NCBI RefSeq assembly: GCF_009914755.1
Contig: NC_060932.1
Strand: one strand, 5' to 3'
DNA from: the human T2T-CHM13v2.0 reference genome, Homo sapiens
DNA length: 64,000 nt
Positions 12,051-25,253 of this stretch are shown piece by piece. Below the pieces are notes generated by a model. The model was not told the origin of the DNA. It made no database searches and was given only the letters and a program-made list of their open reading frames with translations. Both the position numbers and the translations under genes were made by a program. Position 1 is the first letter of the stretch. Each line of letters opens with the position of its first letter.

Positions 12051-13301
12051 CATTTAATAGGAATCTGAAAAGATCTCTTATTGCTGCTTTAAAGGTAACT
12101 GAGCCCCACCTCATTAATGTTACTCATGGAATTAGTTTCACCTTCGTAGTGAGACAAAGAAGACAACGAAAAAGGAATGTTTAAGCGTGCTTAATATTTC
12201 ATAAACAGTAGGTCCTGTAAAATTGGTAGGGAGGGAGAAGAAGCAGCTAAACTACAGGCTAATGTAACATACTTTCTCTACACATTATAATGTATTCTCA
12301 GAGATAATTGAGTTGACTAAAACTCTATCTCGTTCGACGTTATGAATGATTCTATTGTCTATGAGAAAATACTATTTCCCAAACACATGTCATGTGACAG
12401 GCACAACTTTAACTGCTCTTACATGACATGTATGTGCTTGTGATATTCTCACTAACTTTTAAAATACATGCTATATTTTGCATTTCTCAGATAAATTAAA
12501 TGTGATTTGGGGAATTTAAGACTTAAAATGAATTGCCCATGATCAGACTGTTACTAACGGCTGGCCTCAGATGCTGTATAATTTCATGAACTCCGCTGTC
12601 TTTCATGAGTAAGATATTTTGTTTGTTCTTAAATTGAAATTATATATATGCACTGGGTGACATTATTATTAAAAGGAACCCCCCAAATAAGATAATCTTT
12701 TTATGAGTAAAATCACAGCTAATTGCGCTTTTAAAAAAATTTATAAACTTACAAGTGTATAAACTTACAAGTTGACCTTTGGCTTCAGTTTATAACACAC
12801 TCATAACATTGGTCCCTGCAATGTCTCCATTTATTTTATAGAGATATTTTTTCTTTCATCCTCTATTCACATTTTCTTTCTCCATACTCTCCATATAGAC
12901 ATCTATGGTAATATATTTAATTTTTTAGATTCACAAAAATTTCCTTATGGCATTTTGATTGGAATTATATTTAATCCGTAAATCAATTTAGCATATCTAT
13001 TTATTCAACTTCATGTATAACTTTTAATGACTTCTTACATGTTTCTTCATAAAGATCTTGGGCTTTTTCATTAGGTTAATTCCTGGATATTGTATTGTTT
13101 GGGCTTTTATTGTGATTGTATCTTATTTTCAAAAATCTGGTTGGTTATTGCCAGCATAGAGGGATGGTTTTGAGTTTTATAAGTTAATATTTTATCTTAT
13201 AAGCTTTCTGAATTCTATTATTTATTCTAATTTTGTGTTACTTCTGTTAGTTTTTTTCTGTAGCATATCAGCTGAATAACTGCAGTTTATCAATGTATCT
13301 C

Positions 13302-13577
13302 TTTTTTTTTTTTTTTTTTTTTGAGATGGAGTCTCGCTCTGTCGCCCAGGCTGGAGTGCAGTGGCATGTGGCGTGATCTCGGTTCACTGCAACCTCTGCC
13401 TCCCAGGTTCAAGTGATTCTCCTGCCTCAGCCTCCTGAGTAGCTAGAATTACAGTCATGTGCCACCACACCCGGCTAAATTTTGTATTTTCAGTAGAGAT
13501 GGGGTTTCACCATGTTGGTCAGGCTGGTCTCGAACTTCTGACCTTGTGATTTGCCCACTTTGGCCTTCCAAAGTGCT
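13302..13577 (-). mobile_element. AluS (AluSg-like), lacking ~30 bp of its 5' end
   Basis: PolyT plus Alu body; ctgaccttgtgat 2-bp deletion; TSD gtatctctt on both sides. Confidence 0.92.
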
Positions 13578-15141
13578 AAGTATCTCTTCTTTTTTAATCC
13601 TTCCATCTTTTGTTCTTTTTCTTCTTTTATTCGATGTGTTGAGCAGTGGCTTTTGTGGTGGGCTTCATTGTCTTGCTCCTAGTCACAAAGGGAATGCATC
13701 TCAAGTTACCTCTGTTAAATGTGAAGCTTGCTGTAAGTTTTTGGTGTTTAACCTTTATCAAGACATGAAGTCCTCATCTATCGTTACATTTTCCTGAGAT
13801 TCATCAATTGGAAATATTTGCTAAATGTTATCAAATGCTTTTACTATGTCTGCTTTATTGATGATGTGATCTTCTCTTATTAGTCTATTAATTAAATCAA
13901 TTGCACTAATAGATTTTTGTGGTGTAAGAGTATTGAAATTAAACCTTATTTGATCATGTATTTATGGTTGTCTTAGTATAGTGTTATAATCAATTAACTT
14001 ATTGAGTATTTTTATATCTATATGTGAAAGATTGTACATTTGACACTGTTTTTAAGTATTGGTCTTGAAATGAAAATTTTTTCTCCTATTTTTGGAGACA
14101 GTTTTTTAATACAGAGGCTATTTATTGTTCCATCAAAATATGCCGGGTCCATCTTTAAAACTTAGTCTAGGGGTTTTTGTTCTCATTTGCATGGAGGACT
14201 TTTTTATTAATATATTTTTCAATCTTTTAGCACTTACTGGTCTAGCAAAAATTTTTTCTACTAATTTTTTAAAAAATGTTTTCACTGGTGGTGTATATTT
14301 GCTAATAAATCCTCTGGTATTTTTATATTTTCCTGTTCACATTTTGTATTTTGTTCATTTACAGCTTTTCTCTTATTTTTCTTTTTCTGTCTTGCCAAAG
14401 ATTTAGCTATCTATTAATCTTTTCAAAAAAGTACCTTTTAGTTTTATTAATCATTTCTTTTTTATTGTTTGCTGTTTTTATTCAGTTATTTCTGATCTAG
14501 CCTTTGTCATTTTATTTCTTTAGTATTCTTGGCTATATTACCTTAAAGTTCTTGTTTTTTAATAAGCATGTTCAGCTCTCTAATATTCCTTCAGTGCTGA
14601 TTTAGTTGTGTCCCACAAATTTTGATATATGTTTTTCATTTTAATTTAGTCCTAGCTATTATTTAAATTTCCCCAAATGTTCTTTTTAAGGTAAGAGATT
14701 ATTTAATACTGACTCATTTTGTGTACAGACAGAAGTTTTTTTAAAAATAATTTTTTAGTTATACTTTTTTGGGGGCCATAGAGTATTCATTGGTATTTAG
14801 TGAAAGTCTTGTGGTCTTGGGATATTTTTTAGAATGGTTAAACTGTGCCTGTCTCTGATTGGTCATCTAAAGTTCTATATAGCTGGATCTTGGGTATAGT
14901 AAAGGTGTTCTCAAATGCACTCTGTTTATTTTTCGTCCCCTTGGCCCATGGATATCTGCATTTATCTAACTCTTCCTATAATTGTCTGGTGTTGCTTTAT
15001 ATTTTTAAAGACAAGGTTAGATCCATATATGGGAATGATGGTTATAGCTTCTTGATTTAGTGTTCCCTTTATTTAAATATGATTCCTCCTTTCCTCTTAC
15101 GATGTTTTTCTATATTAAATTGTATTTTATCTAAAAAATAT

Positions 15142-15291
15142 GTATTTTTACTCCAACATTTTTTTGATTCAGCAGATAGATGTCCAGATTTGTTACATGC
15201 ATATATTATGTGATACTGAGGTTTGGGGTACAGATGATCCCATCACCCAGGTAGTGAGCATAGCACCCAATAGGTAGTTTTTCAACCCTCC
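15142..15291 (-). mobile_element. Short L1 3' end (L1PB/late L1PA-like)
   Basis: gatttgttacatgcatatatt..gatcccatcacccaggtagtgagcatagcacccaataggtagtttttcaaccc; flanks ctaaaaaatat/ctaaaaatat. Confidence 0.8.
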
Positions 15292-17125
15292 CTAAAAATA
15301 TTAAAACAACTGTTCTAGAATTCATTGTTTATATCTTCATGGTTCATCAGTTTTATATTTCTATGTTCTACTATTCTACATTTTTCTGTTTTATATTTAT
15401 TGCTTTTAGACATTATAATTCTGGGTATTTTAAAAATTAAACCTGACAGTCTTGGACTTTTGAACAGTGAACTTAACCCATGTAACTTTATGGAAATTAC
15501 TCTCCCATAAGGGACTATTTCTGCTATTCTGTTTTAAATGTTCTGTTCTTTATTGCTTCATTTTTTTCTGCTTTCATACCTTTAATAGGATAGATCAATT
15601 TTAATCCTGCTGGCTTTCTGGTTTAAAATTTACAGATTTATTTTTACTTTATGGTATTTTCTCCTACTTTTTTAAGATCAGTGCATATTTTTATCTTTTC
15701 CTATCACTTTTGAGCTAAGGCAAGTGTTTTTGCTTGCTCTCGCTCCCCTTTGAGCGCCCAACAGCATTCATTGGCTGACTTCATCCAGAGTTTTAGTTCT
15801 GGGGTTTTACAGTTAAAAATGGTAAAAAAAAAAAAAAAAAAATTTTTTTTTTACAATAATAAACTTTTCTAAGTAATATACTGACACTTACCCCCCAAAT
15901 ACTTTTAGCATCCTCTTTGATTCATTTTTCTCTTTATGGGCTATTTTCTCTAATAGTTCTTTCAAAGTTGTTGATCTTTAAACAATTGTCAATTGATCTT
16001 TGATACAAGTGTAAGGGCTTATTTATATGTCTAAAAATATCATTTTAAAATTTTCCCCTTGCATTAAGGCAGTGATGAATAAAATTCTAGTTTGAAATAT
16101 TTTTCTTCAAAAATATGTAAATATTGTTGCTATTGAAAAGTCTGATGTTGTTTTGGTTGGTTTTTATAGATAATCTATTTTTTGTCTCTCAATGCTTTTA
16201 GAATTTTCTTTGCTCTCAGGATTCTTATATTTCCCTGTAATGTTTCTTCTGGGATGTGGGGGGAATTTCTTTCTTTTAATCCATTCTTTAGATATTCCCC
16301 TGATAAATCATTTGAATCTGAGGACTTGTATGTTTAAGGGATATTTCAGGCATTATTTCTTCAAATATTGGCTCCATTTTTTATTCTTTTCTCTTCACCT
16401 GAGACATCTATCATACAGAAATTAATACTTTTGTGTATATTTTCTGTATATCTTTCTCTTAATTTTTAAAAATTATTTTCATCTCTTCATTCCTCCCTGC
16501 TATGTTCAGGCAGAAATGCTTAAAATTATTTTCCAGAATGTGAGGTGATTTTTTTTGCTTGTATCTATGCTTATATTTAACAATTTCAGTTATTTATTTC
16601 AAATAATGCCTGTTTTGTTTTCTTATCCAATATCTTCAAGTGGTCTTTTTTCTTCTAATTACTCATTTTTGCTGTATGTTTCCAATATCACCCTTTATGT
16701 CTCTGAAGATATCCATTATGATTATTGTTCAATTGGTCTTTTAAGCCTACTTCCTTTGGTACAGACTATTCTGTTTGTGCGTTTCTTTTTATTGTACTTT
16801 TGCCCCTCGAGTGCCTTAGGATTTCTTTCTCTATTAGTGTATATTCCCTTTGGTGAGTTTGACTGATCCCTGGGCAAAGGGAAAAGGCTAGTTCTCATCT
16901 CCAGGTAAGTTTAGGAACTTGGAGATGGAGGTGAGACAGAGAACCTCTGGCGGAGTAATGTGAGCTCAACTACTACCCTTTCTCTCCGTCTCCATTGGAT
17001 AATCATATTCCTCAGATACTTCATTTCCTAGGGCCTCTTTCACATTGTGATTAAATAGTATAATGCTTACTCTGAACACATTTACCTTTAGAAATTAATA
17101 TATTATTTTTAAATGCATATATGGG

Positions 17126-17611
17126 TGTCAAGAACTATGAACAGTATGAGATTTTTACTCTACTTGCAAGACAATAAGATAGTCTGCTACAATGTTGTGT
17201 GTTCTCGCAGAACACATGAGACTCCTGTATTAGAGACAAAGGCCAATTCTTTACTCACAGCAACAGCCATAGCCAGAGTATCAGCTTTTTCTTAGGCAGG
17301 TTACTCATACCTCCATTCCAATGGGTACACGATGGGGCCAGGTGACACCTGCATATCTGTGGGTTAGTGCAGTATATTAACCACAAGCCTAGGAAACCTC
17401 AGTCTTTCATAAGGGGCTGGAAGTAAACCTGCACAACTTTTGTCATGGAGGTAGACATTATCTCCAAACAATCCTGCCTTCTGCACCTTAGCAAGATACT
17501 CTAAGTTCCAAAGCTGTCCACTCTGCAAACATTCATGTAGAGATAGTCCAGAACAAAACGCTGACAAGGCATGCAGAAACACAAGAGACCTACAGAGAAC
17601 TGTTTCCTGTT
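17126..17611 (-). mobile_element. ERVL solo LTR, LTR40-like
   Basis: tgtcaagaactatgaacagtatgagatttttactctacttgcaag..agagacctacagagaactgtttcc; 5-bp TSD ATGGG at 17121-17125 and 17612-17616. Confidence 0.8.
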
Positions 17612-19349
17612 ATGGGAAGATAAACTATTTTAATAATTTAAAGAACTTCTCAAAGTATATATAGTATGGATCTTCCATGTACATGCGGTTTCTCTGAATC
17701 ATTAAAGACTTTTAAAATTTTCTACTTTTTAGCTGAGTGTTGAAACTTGATTTCTTTATTTTTAATTAAAGTAATGTTATGCAGTCACATTGCTCCTGGG
17801 AAACATTTGCATGTTCAAAGCCACACTTCACATGGTGGTGGGAAGTTTCTGGTTTTTGACAGGATGTCAGACGAATCTCCTCTCATGCTCCTGAGCATGC
17901 TCCTGAAGGCAGGATACCCCCTTGAAACAAGCAGCGAAGATGACACCAAGAGTCACCTGTGTCTCATGTGCAAGGGTGGGTCACATGCGCATTCTCATGT
18001 GTCCTACAGATTGGTGTTCAGACTGTTCTTATGGCTGGGATTTTTAAAATATGTATGAAGTAAGGTGTTACTTATTTTTAAAAATGATTTTGTAGGGAAT
18101 GTCTTCATCTTCTTAACAAAGGACCTCATCTGTGTTTTTTTAGAAAAGTGTTTAAATTAGAAAGCATGAACTTTACATTGAAAACTCATCTATTTTTCTA
18201 AAAACAAATCCTAGAAAATTAGAGGAACTTAAATACATTCATCCTGCAGTTCAGGTAATACATCTGCCACATTGTGGTGGTGTGTGTCTGTGTGTGTGTG
18301 TGTGCACGGACGAAGGAAATTTAAGTGGGTTATTTCCCTCATTATTTTGGCGACCAAGGAAGAACCCCAAAGGGACTATCTTTACTAGAAAATTGATACT
18401 GTAAGAGCAGTTTTTCTCATGTTTCAGATAATACTTTTAAACCCACGTTAAGCCTTAAAGTAATATAACTACTAGGAAAGAGTAACTTTATTCCTGCTTC
18501 TTGTCATGGTCTGACAGCCAGTAGCACATATGTCTTAGTTGTAACTTTGTTTATACTGATAAAAAAATGAAGGTGGTGAATAGTTTATTTTAAAACTAGA
18601 AAGTTTTTTCCTTCTTACAACTAGCTAGATTTAAAGTACTTTTGAATTGTGACCTTGTTTTTGTTACTACATTCAAGAACATTAATATTTTGATGAAACT
18701 ATGATAATTTACAAATTCAAAACAATGTTAATCATTGTTTTTAAAAATTAAAAAGTAATGTTAAGCTAAGGTGACTGCTTGGACATATTTGGATAACTTC
18801 CTCCTTCCTACTCCTACCCATATCAATGAAAATGAACAATGCCTTACTAGTGACAATCAAGGAAGATGGGCCAATTTTCATAATCCTTGATGCATTTCTG
18901 CTAGAAATAATGCAGCACAGATCAAAATGAAGACAGTACAGATGGGCTTCCACTCTCCTTTGTAGTCAGCAATACATTACCCTATTCATATCCCCCAAAT
19001 GTCTAAAGGAACTGTGAGATGTACGATATTCGAGACATAACATTTGAGACTACTTTTGCTTATGGAGATCAAAAGCTACGGGTACCGAGGGTTCTTGGGG
19101 ACCCAGGGTTTATATGTTATGCCTGGTGTGGCAAGTCCAGTTCCTCAGACAGCAAAGCGCACCAGTGGGAAGAGGCCGTGGCACAGCTAACTTTGCTGAC
19201 ATGGAGACAGAAATCTGGATCATGGCTTTAGGGTATCAACAAACATCAAGAAGAGACCAGAAACCAAATGAAAAATAGATTTCTCTATTATGACTACTTG
19301 TTCTGTCTTCTGCCCCATTCTAAGAAGACCGTTCGTTGAATAGATAATA

Positions 19350-20818
19350 GAAATTTTCATTTGTAAGATCTTCCTTTTCAGACATGAGAAGAGATTCTAA
19401 TAGTAATTAGGTGAAGAGTGAAGGAATCCATTGAAAATTTGTCAGTTCTCTTTCAGGAAAAAATATCAGATCTGAATAGAAAATTTGTAAGATGTTAACT
19501 TAAAGAAAAATGAAAATGTTGTAGATTGTAAAATAAATAGAAGATACAGAGGACGAGGAAGAGGATTTTCTGTTATGAGAGGACAAGATGTGCTCTATAA
19601 AAGACAGGTAAATTTCAGACATTTGTTTTGTATTGTCAACATTGAGAAAATATGGAGTTTATGAAACCAGAGGTAAAAGAGAATAGAAAATGACAATATG
19701 GTGAGATTTAAGTGGAATTCTAGTAGAAAAAGAAAAAAAAATAGAAGTTAAACAAGATTAAGTTAATATAGAAATTCAATATTTCTTTCATCTATTAGCA
19801 GAATTAACAGAATAAAACAATCCCAAAATACTACTTAACATAGCATTAAAGACATAAAATACTTAGAAATAAATTTAACAAAATTGAGGGTCTACATAAA
19901 TGCTAAATATACGTTTCTGAGAGATATTAAAGAGGACTTAAATAATATATATCATGCTTATGAATTTGATAAATGAATCCTGTCAAGATTTCAATATAGT
20001 TATAATGCAGTTCCAGTGAAAATCCTAACATGCTTTTAAAAATAAAAAATGCTAAGGAGTTGCTAAAATTTGTATGAAAACACAAAAATCTTAGCCGAAA
20101 GTAATCTTATAGAGGAAGAACAAAGTGGAAGATTCATACTAATTGAAATCAAAATTTACAAGCTACAGTAACCAAAACAGTGTTGTATTGAACTAAGAAC
20201 ATAAAAATAGGCCAATGTGAAAAAAAAAGTCTAGAAGTGGACCTTTACATACATAGTCTGAAAGGAAAGTCTGTTAAATAAATTTTGCTTGATAAGAATT
20301 AAATTGTATTCCTCCCTCACAGAATACACAAAAATGAAATGAAAATGTATTATACCCCCAGATATAAATGCTAAAACTCTAAAATTTCTAGGTGAAAACA
20401 GAGGATAATATATGCAAGGTTTTGGAGAAAACAAAGATTTATTAGAGAGGATGTGAAATATACCTGTTGTAAAAAACTGGAAAGTTGAAAATCATCAAAA
20501 TTAAAGTTTTGCTTACCAAATGTCACATTTGAAAAGATGAAAAGACAAAAAAGTATATGTGTGTGTATACAGACACACACACAAACACACACAAACACAT
20601 ACATACCTATATGTCAAAAGAATTTCTAGAAAACTTTATAATTGAAACAATCCACAAAAGTGGGAAAAAACTTAGACACTTCACAAAAGAAGATACATCT
20701 ATGGCCAATAAGAAAGACACAAAAATGTGATCAATATAATCATCAAAAGTGCAAAGTATAACTACAATACCAAATTATGACAAGTATGTGGAGTAACTAG
20801 AACTCCCATCGTTATTGG
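19350..20818 (+). mobile_element. Old L1M(E) LINE, ORF2 region (5' part)
   Basis: aaaatacttagaaataaatttaacaaa, agctacagtaaccaaaacagtgttgtattg, acacttcacaaaagaagata. Confidence 0.75.
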
Positions 20819-21324
20819 TTTTTAGCATATCTGTTTTTGTGGACTTCTCAGCGGTTGCTCTAGGTATTACAATATACATATGTAATTTATCACAGTCTAC
20901 TGGTATTGATGTTTTACCACTTTGAGTCAAGTGTAGAAATTGTACTCTCATTCAAGCCCTTTATCCTTTCAACCTTTAAAATATAATTGCCTTAACTTAA
21001 TTCCCCTTGCGGCACTGAGCACCACATCAGATGGTGTTGTAATTTTTAGTTCAAACATCATATATGATTTTTAAAACTCATGAAAATAATTTTTTACATG
21101 TACTTCCATTTTTACCTATTCCAGAGTTCTTATCTGAAGTTCTAATGTTCCCTTTGTTATCATTTACTTCCTGTTTTAATAAATCTCTTTAGCCATTCTG
21201 TTAGGATAGGTTTGTTAGCAACAAACTCTCTTAATTTTCTTTGCCTGAGAATGTCTTTATTTGCCCTCTATTCCTAAAGCATATTTTTGATAGATATAGC
21301 TTTACAGTTGACAGGTTTAAAAAC

Positions 21325-21737
21325 ATTTTTTGTTGATACATAATATTTGTGCATATTTATGGGGTATATGTGATATTTCGCTACATGCAAATAATGTGTA
21401 ATGATCAAGCCACAATATTTGGGGTATTTATCACCTTGAGCATTTGTAATTTTTATGTGTTGGGAACATTTTAAGTCCTCTGTTCTAGCTGTTTTGAAAT
21501 ATACAATATGTTATTGTTAACCATAGTCACTCTACTCTGCTATCAAACCTTAGAACTTGCTCCTTCCATCTAATTGTATGTTTGTACCCATTCACCAACC
21601 TGTGAATTCTCCTCCTCGCACACACACTTCCCAGCCTCTGGGTAATCATCATTCTACTGTCTATCTTCACGAGATTAACTTTTTTAGCTCCCACATATAA
21701 GTGAAAACATGCATTTTTTGCCTTTCCATGCCTGGCT
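21325..21737 (-). mobile_element. L1MA (MA4/5-like) 3' end
   Basis: gttgatacataatatttgtgcatatttatggggtatatgtgatattt..ttctagctgttttgaaatatacaata..; degenerate TSD acagttgaca/atagttggca. Confidence 0.85.
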
Positions 21738-22990
21738 GATAGTTGGCAATTCTTTGCTTTCATCACTTGACAAATGTATGTCCCATTCTTCTAGCCTTCA
21801 TGTTGAAATCCACTATCATTTGAATTGGTGTTTCCCTATAAATCATGCGCTGTTTCTTCCTCTTTCATGTGGTGCTTTCAATACTTTTTTTTAGTTTTTA
21901 TAAATATAATTATTTTGTGTCTTGGTATGGATTTCTTGGGGTTTACACTATTTGGGATTGCTCATATTCTTGAATCCATAGGTTTATGTTTCTCAAGCAT
22001 TATTTCTTCAAATACTTTATTCAGTCCCATTCTCTTTTTTTCTGAGACTCCAACGGTACACATGTTAACTTTTTTGTGATTGTTCCACATGTCCCTAAGA
22101 CTGTTTTTTTTGTCTTATTTTTCTCTTTGTTGTTCAGATTAGTTAAATTTTATTGCTCTGTCCTCAAGTTTACTGATTTTATTCTCTGTCATCTCCACTC
22201 TACTGTTGAACCCATCCTGTAAGTTTTTAAAAATTATTTTCAGTTATTATATTTTTAACTTTTATAATGTGTGCTTGAGTCTCTTTTGACTACTATTTCT
22301 CTGCTGAGATTCATTTTATCCTTTTCATTTGATTCAATTCAATTCTTGATTTCTTATTGAGTCACTTCTAGGATGGCTACTTTAAAATCTTTGTCAGATA
22401 ACTGCAATATCCATCCAATTCATCTTGGTATTGGCATCTCTTGGGTGTCTTCTCATTCAAGTTGTGATTTTCCTGATTCTTGGTATGAAGACTGATTTTC
22501 TATTGTGTACTGCACATTTTGTATATTATATTAAAATATTTGAGGTGGAATTTTATCTTCTTTCTCTGGTAGGCAGTGTCCCTGTTTAGGAATAGCACAT
22601 GATCCAGGTGGATGTGGATGTTCCATTTCCCACTGGGCCTTGATGAAAACTAGAGCACTCTCTCACACGGCCTCACGGATGGAAGTTCAGCTCCCTCCCC
22701 CACCATCAGGTCATCTCATTGCCTCCAATGAGGAGAGCCAGCTCACTGCCTCGTGGGGCCTACTGACACCAGGGAGGGGAGAAGCAGAATGCTGACTTTA
22801 AAAGCCTTGTTGCCACACGATGGGAGCAGTGAGTTAATCCACTGCCATGTGTTGCTAACACCGGGAGAGGGAAGGGTGGAAGTGGAGTGCCAACTAATCC
22901 CACCTCCCACCACCTCCTTCTAATCATTGATATCGATGGGGGTGGAGGTTCAGTTTCCTCCCAGCCCCTGCTGACACCATTGTTGGGGAG

Positions 22991-23348
22991 TGTATTAGTC
23001 TATTCTCTCACTGCTGTAAAGAGAATGGGTAATTTGTAAATGAAAAAGGTTTAATTGATTCACAGTTTTACATGGCCTCAGGAAACTTACAATCATGGTA
23101 GAAAGTGAAGCAAACACATCCATCTTCACATGGTGGCAGGAGAGAGAAATGAGAGCTGAGTGAAGGGGGAAGCCCCTTATAAAACCATCAGATCTCTTGA
23201 GAACTTACTCACCATCACGAGAATAGCATGAGGGTAACCACCCCCATGATTAAATTACCTCCCACCAGGTCCCTCCCACAACACATGGGGATTATGGGAA
23301 CTACAATTCAAGATGAGATTTGGGTGGGGAAACAGCCAAACCATATGA
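22991..23348 (-). mobile_element. THE1C-like MaLR solo LTR
   Basis: tgtattagtc..caggaaacttacaatcatgg..ttcaagatgagatttgggtggggaaacagccaaaccatatga; flanks gggag/ggaag. Confidence 0.9.
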
Positions 23349-23915
23349 GGAAGTAAAGCAGAGTGGTGACTAGCCTTGTCTCACACCACCTTATTAAGTC
23401 TAATTGCTGCCAGATGTGTGGGATGGAGGCTCAGCTCGTACTAGATCGTTGACATCACTCTGGTGCTGAATGGGAAATGGAAGACCATTTCCCCGTTGGC
23501 CCCACTGAAACCATGCAGAGAGGGGAAGTCGTTCTGTTGGCTTTTTGCTGAGGTAGGGCAGGTATTGCCCCCCATGTTTTCTGTTCATGAGACCACCCTT
23601 TTCCTGTACTTTTTGCTAGAGCAAGAAAGATTTTCTTGGAACTTATTTTCTTTCCACATGTTGGCAGTTCTGGGTTCAAGGCTTCTGCAACACCCTATTC
23701 AGCATGTATAGCAGGCAATAAGAAAACCCAGGGAAATCACAGCCTTGCCACCCTTAATTCTTCAGGTTCCTAATCAGTCCATTCTCTTCTGTTCATCTTT
23801 CAAATCTTCCTAAGTTTGTTCGTGGGATTATGTCCAGGGTTTGTTGTTGTTGTTGTTGCAAGAAGAAGCACCTGGGAGGAAGGCAGCTACTCCCCCTTGG
23901 CTAGGACCAAAACTC

Positions 23916-24220
23916 TCATTGCTGCTGAAAGTGTACAAGGGTGCAACCACTTTGGAAAAAAGCTTAATAGTTTCTCATAAAGTTAAATATATACTTACCC
24001 TATCACCCTGACAACTAAACTTGCACTTGGCAAGGCTATTCCTCTCCCAGGTATATGCCCAAAAGAAATAAATGAGATGCTTCTGACTATATTCATAATA
24101 TCTTCATTTATAACTGTCCCAAACTGAAATAATCCAGTTGTTCATCTGGAATATACCCAGATCATGGTATATTTATAAGTGGAATACTACTCAGTGTGTA
24201 TGTATATGTATATATACATA

Positions 24221-24279
<59 letters not shown>

Positions 24280-24590
24280 GATCTGCTTACTGGTACATAC
24301 AGCATTATGGCTGAATCTCAGAATATTAAGTAAAATAAGCCAGATACAAAAGAAATCATACTGTATGGTTTCATTTACATAAATTTCAAGAAGAGACAAA
24401 ACTAATCTGTGGACGAAAAAAACCACAGTGGGGATATGAGTATAGGTATTGGCTGAAGGAACTTCCTTAGGGGATAGAAAAGTTGTATACTTTCATTGAA
24501 CTGTTGGCTAGAGAATAAATTGCCAAACTTTTCAAATTACACTAAAGATCTGTGCATTTCACTGTGTATAACCTCAATAAAAGAAGTCAC
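23916..24590 (+). mobile_element. L1ME 3' end, continuing 19350-20818
   Basis: gcaaccactttggaaaaa..ggaatactactcag..atactgtatggtttcatttacata..tgtgcatttcactgtgtataacctcaataaa. Confidence 0.75.
24221..24277 (+). repeat. (TATC)14 tetranucleotide microsatellite
   Basis: Perfect tatc array preceded by a (TA)/(TG)-rich run. Confidence 0.97.
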
Positions 24591-25253
24591 AACACAGTAA
24601 TATCCATGGTCTAAAATTTACAGAAAAATATTTCTGCATCCTTCTGACTAATAATCAAATTAGAAGGCAGAAAGTGAAAGAAGATTAAGATATAATTTAT
24701 GAGAGTTAACAAGTAAACCTACAAAATTAAAGTTTGCCTTGGAAATAGATAAAGATAAAAACACCATGGAAATTCAAATTATTGTATGGAAAGCACTATT
24801 TAGAAGCTTTTCACAAGATGAAGCGGAAATGAGAAAAGAACTGAACACAATGAAAGAGCTGATGTCATAGAAGAAGTAAAGATAGAGGATATATGACATG
24901 AAGAAGAGACCAGAAACAAATGGAAGAGAAGAATCAAAGATCCAGGGGTGCTGGGATAAGCTTTAGACATGAATGGGCTGTCTATGTACCATTCAACATT
25001 GAGTTGTTTTTTTTTTAAGCCAAAAGTCAAATTTTAATAACATTTTAAAATAAAATTCAGGAATAAAAGATTTAAATGACAAAAGATAAACAATGTTTAC
25101 TTTATCAGCAAAAGATAGACAGCAAATCATTCTGTAAGAAAACAAGTAAAATAAAGTACAAACAAGTTCTAGATGAACAACAAATTAGTTATAGCAATAA
25201 GTGCAGATATTTTTAATGACAACAATTTTCATGTGCTTAAAAATATGGAATTT

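Larger units (their letters stand above)
12900..16880 (-). mobile_element. Old L1M LINE remnant (ORF2 toward ORF1), interrupted by an Alu and an L1 3' fragment
   Basis: T-rich; attttgattggaattatatttaatccgtaaatcaattt, ttatcaaatgctttt, tgtcccacaaattttgatat and attgaaaagtctgatg are antisense L1 motifs. Confidence 0.7.
20819..23915 (-). mobile_element. L1MC/MD-type LINE 5' portion inserted into the L1ME
   Basis: tagcaacaaactctcttaattttctttgcctgagaatgtctttattt (antisense ORF1) with a GC-richer 5'UTR at ~22600-23900; the host L1 resumes at 23917. Confidence 0.65.
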
